This document shows, one piece after another, positions 36,657-43,322 of a DNA stretch of 43,322 nucleotides (positions within the stretch are counted from its first letter, which is position 1; each line of letters begins with the position of its first letter). The stretch comes from a virus. Its lineage: Duplodnaviria > Heunggongvirae > Uroviricota > Caudoviricetes. The notes beneath the pieces are model-generated. The model was not told the origin of the DNA. It was given only the letters and a program-made list of their open reading frames with translations, and did not search any database. The stretch is taken from IMG/VR virus record IMGVR_UViG_638341087_000022; one strand, written 5' to 3'. The translations under genes and the position numbers were made by a program.

Positions 36657-37738
36657 ATGCAGACAGCGATCTGGATGTTGTTTCTTTGACGGTCGACGGC
36701 AAAATCATCGAGGGGTGGGATTCTGTCCGGGTAACGCGGGGTATTGAGCGTTTTCCCTCTGATTTCGATCTTGGGCTAATGGATTACTTCCCTGGCAACG
36801 AAGATCGTCAACTCGTTGAAGAGGGAATGTCTTGTGAAGTTCGTATCGGAGATGATCTGACACTGACGGGATATGTTGATGACTGGGAACCCGCACTATC
36901 GCGCTCCCGCCATGAGGTCCGCGCCACGGGCAGGAGCAAATGTCAGGACCTGGTGGATTGCTCAGCCGAGTGGCCTAACAACGTCATCAATGCCAGTAAT
37001 GCGCTTGAAATTGCTTCTCGCCTGGCATCCTACTACGGCATCACCGTAACCACGGATGTTGATGAACTTGTGAAGGTACCCCAGTTCACTCTGAACTGGG
37101 GTGAGTCTCCGCAAGAAGTCATCGATCGGGTGGCCAGATGGTCTGCTCTGCTTTACTACGATCAGCCCGATGGAAACCTGTTACTGACCCGGGTGGGAAC
37201 ACGTCGTGCGGCAAGTGGGATAGCCGAAGGGGTAAATGTCGAGCAGGCATACTACCGCAAATCGATGGCTGACAGGTTTTCAGATTATGTCGGTGTATCA
37301 ATGAGCGTTTCTCCAATTGCAGGGTATTCGCCTGATACGGCCTATGACGCTGTGACTCTGGCAACGGCGAGAGATCCGGAGGCCGCCCGCATGCGGTACC
37401 GAAAACATATATCGATTGTGGAAAGTACCCTGATGGCTACTCAACAGGCACAAAGTGCGATCGACTGGGAAATGAACCGGCGGTACGGACGTTCAAAACA
37501 GCTCTCGGTAACCATCGATTCCTGGCGGGATAAAGACGGGAAACTGTGGGAACCAAACACATTGATCCCCGTTGATCTTCCCACCTTACGGTTGCCGAAG
37601 ACTGAATTGCTACTGGCAGAAGTCACCTATATGCGCGATGACTACGGCACCCATGCACGCATGACGCTGATGCCGCCTGAAGCATTCTCCATTCAGCCAT
37701 ATGCCTTCTACCAGAACCTGGCGGGATTCAATACATGA
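36653..37738 (+). CDS. Tail/baseplate protein (Mu P / P2 D-like)
   Basis: Size and position between the DNA circulation and baseplate V genes. Confidence 0.65.
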   Translation: MNADSDLDVVSLTVDGKIIEGWDSVRVTRGIERFPSDFDLGLMDYFPGNEDRQLVEEGMSCEVRIGDDLTLTGYVDDWEPALSRSRHEVRATGRSKCQDLVDCSAEWPNNVINASNALEIASRLASYYGITVTTDVDELVKVPQFTLNWGESPQEVIDRVARWSALLYYDQPDGNLLLTRVGTRRAASGIAEGVNVEQAYYRKSMADRFSDYVGVSMSVSPIAGYSPDTAYDAVTLATARDPEAARMRYRKHISIVESTLMATQQAQSAIDWEMNRRYGRSKQLSVTIDSWRDKDGKLWEPNTLIPVDLPTLRLPKTELLLAEVTYMRDDYGTHARMTLMPPEAFSIQPYAFYQNLAGFNT

Positions 37739-38319
37739 AGCAACTATTTAAACATGCAGCGACCAGGATCGCCGGCATGCTGGGGATTGGCCGGATCACG
37801 GCTATGAAAGATGGTGGGGTGGTGCAGTCTATCCAGTACCAGACTCCGCTGGAGGTGGCCAGCGCTCCGCGGATGGCAGAATTTGGCTTTTCATCCGGCC
37901 TGCCGTCAGGGACTGACGTGGTTCTGGCTTTTATTGGCGGTGATCGTTCCAGCGCGGTGGTAATTGCGTCCAACCATCAGGGGTTCCGTCATACAGGCCT
38001 GAAAGCGGGCGAAACGGTCATGTATAACCAGTGGGGCCTTAATATTCTCCTGACGGAGAAGGGGATCTTCCTGGATGCAAAGGGCCAGAATGTTGAGGTC
38101 AATAACGCCACTAACGTGACCATCAATGCCAGCCAGGGGATCCTTGCAAATACCCCGATCCTGAGGTGCACGGGTGACATTGTTGATAACTGTGAAACCA
38201 ATACCCGAACACTGAAAGAGCTGCGGGATGCACATAATGACCATGATCATGTGGTTAAAAATGCCCAGAGTGGCAATGACAATATCCGCAGCCAAAAAAC
38301 AGAGGATCAGGTGACATGA
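37735..38319 (+). CDS. Baseplate assembly protein V (spike)
   Basis: Size and position in the Mu-like baseplate cluster. Confidence 0.65.
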   Translation: MKQLFKHAATRIAGMLGIGRITAMKDGGVVQSIQYQTPLEVASAPRMAEFGFSSGLPSGTDVVLAFIGGDRSSAVVIASNHQGFRHTGLKAGETVMYNQWGLNILLTEKGIFLDAKGQNVEVNNATNVTINASQGILANTPILRCTGDIVDNCETNTRTLKELRDAHNDHDHVVKNAQSGNDNIRSQKTEDQVT

Positions 38320-38753
38320 GTGACATCGCTTCATTCTGGAATGTGGATGAGATGTTTGCTGACTGGCAGAAAGGGCTGGGTGAACTCACCACGGGGAACG
38401 ATTTACAGACTGCAATACTGGACAGCCTGTTTACCGACAGGCTGGCGCGCGCTGACGATGATTATGAGGATAGCGATCGCCGCGGCTGGTGGGGGGATTC
38501 CGGGGAGGAATCCCAACTGGGATCCCGGCTGTGGCTGCTACGGCGGAAAAAACTGACCCCGGATGTAGCAAAAAAAGCGGAGGAATACTCGAGTGAAGCG
38601 CTCAACTGGTTAAAGGTTGATGGCGTTGTCAGCGAGGTTATTCCTGTTGCAAGGATCGTCCTGCCTGACCGGCTCAATCTCATTATCCGCTATCAGGCAC
38701 CGGGGAAGGACTGGCAGGAATTCAGGTTTTACTGGATATGGGAGCAACGTTAA
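38316..38753 (+). CDS. Baseplate protein W / gp25-like
   Basis: Size and position between V-like and J-like genes. Confidence 0.65.
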   Translation: MSDIASFWNVDEMFADWQKGLGELTTGNDLQTAILDSLFTDRLARADDDYEDSDRRGWWGDSGEESQLGSRLWLLRRKKLTPDVAKKAEEYSSEALNWLKVDGVVSEVIPVARIVLPDRLNLIIRYQAPGKDWQEFRFYWIWEQR

Positions 38754-38754
38754 T

Positions 38755-39897
38755 ATGCCGTTTAAACGACCGACGCTGAGCGAACTCCGCGACGGAAACC
38801 GGAAATTTATGCAGGCGGAGCTTGAGGATGTTGGTGCGCTCCTGCGCTTCGCGAACCTGAAGGTACTGGCTGACATGGATGCGGGGATGGGGCATCTGCA
38901 TTACGCCTACCTTGACTATATTGCCCTGCAGACAAACCCGTTTACCTCTACCGATGAGTATCTCGCCGGGTGGATGGCCCTTAAGCAGGTATTCAGAAAA
39001 CCAGCTGCAGCGGCGAAGTCGCCTGCGGTACAGGCTAGTGGCAGTGTTGACTGTATTATCCCTGTTGGCTCGATCATTAACCGCGGGGACGGATACCAGT
39101 ACCGGACGGATGCAGATCTTAAAATTCAGGCAGATGGATTTGGTATCGTCGCGGTGACGGCCATACTGCCGGATATTACCAGTGATGTAACGGGTGGAGG
39201 CGCGCGCGGTAACGCTGATGCCGGGACCATAATGACCCTGGACGCGAATATTGCTGGCGTGGATCCACAGGTAACGTTACTGTCCGCTGCGACCGGCGGA
39301 GCCGATATTGAAACGGAAGAGGATTTTCGCAGTCGTGGCTTGCTGGCATGGCAGAATCCGCCTCAGGGTGGAAGCGACGCCGATTATAAAAAATGGGCGC
39401 TTGAGGTTTCGGGCGTCACCCGCGCGTGGGTAAAGCGGCGTCTGAACGGGGCCGGGACCGTTGGCGTGTATATCATGTGTGATCGGAATGACAATGGTGG
39501 GTTTCCGGTCGGTACCGACGGAATATCCCAACTTGAGGACTGGGGGGCTGTTAAAGCCACCGGAGACCAGCTCGCTGTCGCCGACCACATCTATCCGCAG
39601 CAGACAGACACTGCCATTGTTTTCGTATGTTCCCCGATCAAGAAAGTCATCAATATTGAAATCTCTGGGATCAAAAATGCCGACAGCACCACAGTTCAGG
39701 GGATAAAAGACGCGCTGACGGCGCTGTTTTTTGATGAAGCTAACCCTGATGGTTCTGGGAAAGTTTACCTCTCTGATATTAACGGGAGTATCGGCGGTGT
39801 TAGCGGCACGACGGGCTATATTCTTAACTCTCCGACGGCCAATATCACCTTTGCTGTTGGCGAAATTCCGGTGCTTGGCGGGGTGAATTTTGTATGA
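38755..39897 (+). CDS. Baseplate J-like protein (380 aa)
   Basis: Internal ATG of track ORF 38617..39897; size and position typical of baseplate J. Confidence 0.75.
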   Translation: MPFKRPTLSELRDGNRKFMQAELEDVGALLRFANLKVLADMDAGMGHLHYAYLDYIALQTNPFTSTDEYLAGWMALKQVFRKPAAAAKSPAVQASGSVDCIIPVGSIINRGDGYQYRTDADLKIQADGFGIVAVTAILPDITSDVTGGGARGNADAGTIMTLDANIAGVDPQVTLLSAATGGADIETEEDFRSRGLLAWQNPPQGGSDADYKKWALEVSGVTRAWVKRRLNGAGTVGVYIMCDRNDNGGFPVGTDGISQLEDWGAVKATGDQLAVADHIYPQQTDTAIVFVCSPIKKVINIEISGIKNADSTTVQGIKDALTALFFDEANPDGSGKVYLSDINGSIGGVSGTTGYILNSPTANITFAVGEIPVLGGVNFV

Positions 39898-40487
39898 GCC
39901 TCTTTTCAAAAAATGATTATGCCGGTGCGCTTGGTGCGCTGCTACCGACGGGCAGGGCGTGGCCCCGGTCGCAAAGAACGGTACAGGCTGCGGTATTACG
40001 GGCACTGGGCAGCGCGTTTCAGCGTTCTGACAACGATGCGCAAAGCCTGATTACTGGTGCTTTTCCCCCTACAGCGACGGTAATGTTGTCAGAATGGGAA
40101 AGCTCTCTGGGGTTACCAGATGATTGTGCGATTGGTGAATCCGGTGGCGTCAGCGATCGCCAGCGCGCCGTGGTGGCAAAGTTAATCAGCACCGGCGGCC
40201 TGAACCGCGATTATTACATCCGGGTGGCTGCAGCTCTTGGTTATACCATCACTATCACACAGTTCCGGCCCGCTATGAGTGGCATGTCAGTATGCGGTGA
40301 TGCGCTTAACGGTGACGAGTGGCCATTTACCTGGCGGATAAATGCGCCACAAACAACGATCAAGTATTCGCTTGCTGGCGCGTCCTACTGCGGAGATCCG
40401 CTCGCATCGTGGGGCAATAAACAACTGGAGTGTTCAATCAACAAAATTGCCCCATCCCATCTGAACATCATTTTCAATTATTCATAA
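39894..40487 (+). CDS. Tail protein (Mu gp48 / YmfQ-like)
   Basis: Position between baseplate J and the tail fibre gene, as in e14/Mu-like tails. Confidence 0.55.
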   Translation: MSLFSKNDYAGALGALLPTGRAWPRSQRTVQAAVLRALGSAFQRSDNDAQSLITGAFPPTATVMLSEWESSLGLPDDCAIGESGGVSDRQRAVVAKLISTGGLNRDYYIRVAAALGYTITITQFRPAMSGMSVCGDALNGDEWPFTWRINAPQTTIKYSLAGASYCGDPLASWGNKQLECSINKIAPSHLNIIFNYS

Positions 40488-40538
40488 CTGATATTTCCCC
40501 CTCTGATTTTATCGCTTAACACTAAGTGAGGATTAACT

Positions 40539-41330
40539 ATGCTCCGAATCGGGCAAGTCGAAGCCACTGCAACGCAGGATGGCAAATATACTGATGGAAG
40601 TGTTGCTGGTGGTATTGCCGCAACGAGGCTGCGGGCAGCAGCGTTTAATGCCATGCAGGAAGAGTTAGCGCATATCGTAGAGTCAGCAGGATTGGCGCTC
40701 GACATTAACGATATGACTCAGGTTTTAAAAGCCATTCAAAAACTCACACTGAGCCGTGCAAACCCATTTGCCGATATCAAATCAGATGGTGCAGCGGCGA
40801 TTTCTACGGCTCTCACAAACCTTGGTTTGGGAGAAGGTTCAGCATTACCTGTTGGTGCACCTGTTCCGTGGCCTTCAGAGACACCTCCAACAGGCTGGCT
40901 GAAATGCAACGGAGCAGCTTTTTCTGCTGAAGAATACCCGGAACTGGCAAAGGCTTACCCGACAAATAAATTGCCTGATTTACGTGGTGAGTTTATTCGT
41001 GGCTGGGATGATTCTAGAGGGATTGATACGGGGCGTTCATTGCTAAGTGGTCAGGCTGCAACATTTATTCGTACAGCTTTGCAGGATTATTACGGTTACG
41101 ATCTGAATACTAATGTCAAAGTAGGTATCGCTTTTGCTACTGCTGATTCTGTTATAACTGTTGGAAACCCAGCTAATCCTAAAGCAGGAAATAATAGCGA
41201 TTATGTTCCTGCATCAGCAGATAACTCCATAACGGGTACTCAAAGGACAGCGGAGGATAATTTTACCGGGGCATGGATATCAATGCGCCCTCGTAACCTT
41301 TCATTTAATTACATCGTGAGGGCTGCATAA
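40539..41330 (+). CDS. Tail fibre protein: constant N-terminus (about 95 aa) joined to an invertible C-terminal segment
   Basis: GTGAGGA RBS; a recombination-site-like dyad lies inside the coding sequence at the NLGLG codons. Confidence 0.7.
   Translation: MLRIGQVEATATQDGKYTDGSVAGGIAATRLRAAAFNAMQEELAHIVESAGLALDINDMTQVLKAIQKLTLSRANPFADIKSDGAAAISTALTNLGLGEGSALPVGAPVPWPSETPPTGWLKCNGAAFSAEEYPELAKAYPTNKLPDLRGEFIRGWDDSRGIDTGRSLLSGQAATFIRTALQDYYGYDLNTNVKVGIAFATADSVITVGNPANPKAGNNSDYVPASADNSITGTQRTAEDNFTGAWISMRPRNLSFNYIVRAA
40811..40836. promoter_or_regulatory. Left inversion site (hix/gix-like)
   Basis: CACAAACC-TT-GGTTTGGGAGAA has dyad symmetry and shares the half-site TTGGTTTGGG with the inverted right site. 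Confidence 0.45.
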
Positions 41331-41932
41331 TGGATAATGCCGTATTAAATAGCGAGCTTATTGCCACGAAGGCGGGGGATATTACTGTCTATAATTATAA
41401 TGGTGAAACACGAGAATATATTTCCACATCAACTGAATATCTTGCTGTTGGTGTCGGTATTCCGGCATGTTCCTGTTTAGATGCACCAGGAACATATAAA
41501 GCTGGTTATGCCATCTGCCGCTCTGCGGATTTAAACTCATGGGAATATGTGCCAGACCATCGCGGAGAAATCGTCTATAACACCGAAACGGGAGACGCCA
41601 AAGAAATCACAACTCCGGGTGATTACCCCGAAAATACAACCACTATCGCCCAGTTAACGCCATACGATAAATGGGATGGTGAGAAATGGGTGACCGATAC
41701 TGAGGCACAGCATTGCGCCGCAGTAGACGCGGCAGAAGCACAGCGCCAGTCACTGATTGATGCAGCAATGGCTTCCATTAGTCTGATTCAGCTGAAATTA
41801 CAGGCCGGGCGGAAACTGACGCAGGCAGAAACAACCCGGCTTAACGCTGTGCTGGATTACATTGACGCGGTGACGGCAACAGATACCAGCACCGCGCCGG
41901 ATGTCATCTGGCCTGAACTGCCGGAGGCGTAG
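41330..41932 (+). CDS. Tail fibre assembly protein (Tfa)
   Basis: Conserved C-terminus LDYIDAV...TSTAPDVIWPELPEA; directly follows the tail fibre gene. Confidence 0.75.
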   Translation: MDNAVLNSELIATKAGDITVYNYNGETREYISTSTEYLAVGVGIPACSCLDAPGTYKAGYAICRSADLNSWEYVPDHRGEIVYNTETGDAKEITTPGDYPENTTTIAQLTPYDKWDGEKWVTDTEAQHCAAVDAAEAQRQSLIDAAMASISLIQLKLQAGRKLTQAETTRLNAVLDYIDAVTATDTSTAPDVIWPELPEA

Positions 41933-42374
41933 GCCATTCAATATCTGGCGTACCGGAAGTATCGACCATTTCCAGTGCGTCCAGGTAATCCAGCCACGCG
42001 TTATACTGTACCTTTTCGGCGTCTTTCAGCCGTCCCATTGCAGCTTTTCCCGGCCATTGCTTGCTGTTCATGTACTCGTTAGCCTGGTCGATTAGCAGCT
42101 GTTTTTGTGCTTCAGCTGCTGCAACAAGTTGATCGTGCGTTGGCGGCGGAATATCACCCCAGGCAGGAAAACCATCTTCACCAGCAATGCGGATTTTCCC
42201 TTTCGGTGGTTTGCCTGAATACTCAACAAATAGTTCTTCATCAACCTCCTTAGCATTGTCAAAATTCATTCCATTTGATTCATAAATTTCCTTCATAGCT
42301 ATCGGACAGAAAGCATTTGTAGATACATCATAAAAATATTTATTCATTCTAATTATCTCCCGATAGCAATCCAT
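41904..42374 (-). CDS. Alternative tail fibre assembly protein (Tfa') on the inverted side
   Basis: C-terminus WLDYLDALEMVDTSGTPDIEWPTPP parallels Tfa; convergent with and overlapping the Tfa 3' end. Confidence 0.7.
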   Translation of the reverse strand: MDCYREIIRMNKYFYDVSTNAFCPIAMKEIYESNGMNFDNAKEVDEELFVEYSGKPPKGKIRIAGEDGFPAWGDIPPPTHDQLVAAAEAQKQLLIDQANEYMNSKQWPGKAAMGRLKDAEKVQYNAWLDYLDALEMVDTSGTPDIEWPTPPAVQAR

Positions 42375-42721
42375 CTCGCGTAGGCGAAATTCGCGTTGCC
42401 TAATGAGTTTAACAGTCTAAAAGAACTGGTGGTGTTAGCTTTTGCGGCAAAGTGAACCGGTCCGTTAGGCGCGTCAGGATTGTCATACGTGGCAACAATC
42501 TGGATAGAGCCTAAATCCGTAAACGCTATCGGGAACGGATTTGTCTGAACTTCACCAACCTGACCTGATAACGCAGTACCCCACTGAATTATTACGCCAC
42601 TGGGCAGGCGCTGCCACCCTGAACCGCTTGAAAAGCTGGTCATGTCAGGGATTTGTCCAGCACCTGTACCCACATTTTTTGTTGCTGCTGTACCCAAACC
42701 AACCTTTTTTATAACCATCAA
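42353..42721 (-). CDS. Alternative tail fibre C-terminal segment (no own start expected; fused to the constant part after inversion)
   Basis: Begins at the right inversion site with ...KKVGLGTAATKNVGTGAG, matching the NLGLGEG junction of the expressed fibre; the track start is TTG. Confidence 0.6.
   Translation of the reverse strand: MMVIKKVGLGTAATKNVGTGAGQIPDMTSFSSGSGWQRLPSGVIIQWGTALSGQVGEVQTNPFPIAFTDLGSIQIVATYDNPDAPNGPVHFAAKANTTSSFRLLNSLGNANFAYARWIAIGR
42689..42714. promoter_or_regulatory. Right inversion site (hix/gix-like), inverted relative to the left site
   Basis: Reverse complement reads AAAAAAGG-TT-GGTTTGGGTA, sharing TTGGTTTGGG with the left site. Confidence 0.4.
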
Positions 42722-42743
42722 AAATCTGGTGATGCTTCGCCGT

Positions 42744-42768
42744 TTCTCCTGTTTTCATAACAGGAGAA
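42744..42768 (+). promoter_or_regulatory. Perfect 10-bp-stem hairpin covering the invertase RBS
   Basis: TTCTCCTGTT-TTCAT-AACAGGAGAA; the AGGAGA Shine-Dalgarno of the invertase lies in the 3' arm. Confidence 0.4.
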
Positions 42769-42773
42769 ATCCC

Positions 42774-43322
42774 ATGATTTACGGTTATGCCCGAGTATCA
42801 ACAAACCACCAGGACACTGAATTGCAACTAACGGCGCTCAAGTCAGCGGGTTGTGAGAAAATTTTTGAAGAGCATGCCAGCGGGAGGAAATCGAATCGGC
42901 CGGTTCTAAAACGGCTGATCGCCACTATGCAGCCGGGGGATGAACTGGTGGTCTGGAAGCTGGACAGGATAGGCCGCAACGTTCTGCATGCGCTGTTGAT
43001 GTTCCAGCAGTTACAGGAAAAGGGTATCAACTTCCGCAGTATTACCGATGGCGTGGATCTCAAAACAGCCAGCGGCCGCTATAACTTTCGTAACATCCTT
43101 TCCGCAGCACAATATGAATCTGATCTTAATAGCGAACGTACCTTAGCAGGGCTGGCCGTAGCCAGGGCAAAAGGGCGAGTTGGTGGTCGCAGGCCTAAGT
43201 TCACGGATGAGCAATGGCGGGAAATGGGGGAGCGGATGGCAACCGGTGAATCACGACAAAGCGTATCAAAAACGTATGGAGTAGGGCTCTCAACTCTGTA
43301 TAAAAAGTTTCCAGCTAGCTGA
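42774..43322 (+). CDS. Serine DNA invertase, Hin/Gin/Pin family (182 aa)
   Basis: N-terminus MIYGYARVSTNHQD with the catalytic Ser context; C-terminal HTH; true start is the internal ATG of track ORF 42642..43322. Confidence 0.85.
   Translation: MIYGYARVSTNHQDTELQLTALKSAGCEKIFEEHASGRKSNRPVLKRLIATMQPGDELVVWKLDRIGRNVLHALLMFQQLQEKGINFRSITDGVDLKTASGRYNFRNILSAAQYESDLNSERTLAGLAVARAKGRVGGRRPKFTDEQWREMGERMATGESRQSVSKTYGVGLSTLYKKFPAS

Noticed and set aside
42744-42768. The perfect palindrome upstream of the invertase as the right recombination site
   Set aside because: 10-bp arms around a 5-bp loop do not fit the 12-2-12 hix/gix layout; the site sharing TTGGTTTGGG with the left site is at 42689-42714.
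42642-42773. N-terminal extension of the invertase ORF (track start 42642)
   Set aside because: The extension crosses the right inversion site and the hairpin; the conserved invertase N-terminus MIYGYARVS begins at the internal ATG 42774, which has an AGGAGA RBS.
1-43322. CRISPR arrays, insertion sequences or transposase genes
   Set aside because: No regularly spaced short direct repeats with unique spacers, and no transposase-like ORF with terminal inverted repeats, were seen; the only recombinases are the phage integrase and the invertase.

Overview
The window is almost entirely one mosaic temperate-phage (prophage) genome, read from its left arm. All calls come from reading the sequence and the ORF track against recalled family signatures; no database search was run. 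Layout: P4-family integrase and excisionase; a Rac-like early-left operon (RecT/Redbeta-type annealing protein and a 1129-aa RecE-like exonuclease); an immunity region with a short HTH repressor that lacks a protease domain, Cro- and CII-position genes, and related operator repeats on both sides; lambda-type O/P replication with ori iterons inside O; a nin-like region (DinI-like gene behind a consensus LexA box, RusA, lambda-type Q); a tRNA-Thr(UGU); an orphan DPPY DNA methyltransferase; holin / SAR-endolysin / Rz / Rz1; cos-type packaging (repeat cluster plus Nu1/A-like terminase); lambda-like head genes; and a Mu/P2-like contractile tail ending in an invertible tail-fibre cassette with a Hin/Gin-family invertase. 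The two best candidates for an undescribed system are (i) an AT-rich two-gene operon (251 aa + 134 aa) in the Q-to-lysis cargo slot and (ii) a three-gene operon (Zn-ribbon protein plus two membrane proteins) directly downstream of the repressor gene, in the rex-equivalent position. Both are candidate lysogen-expressed defence or exclusion modules; neither function is established.
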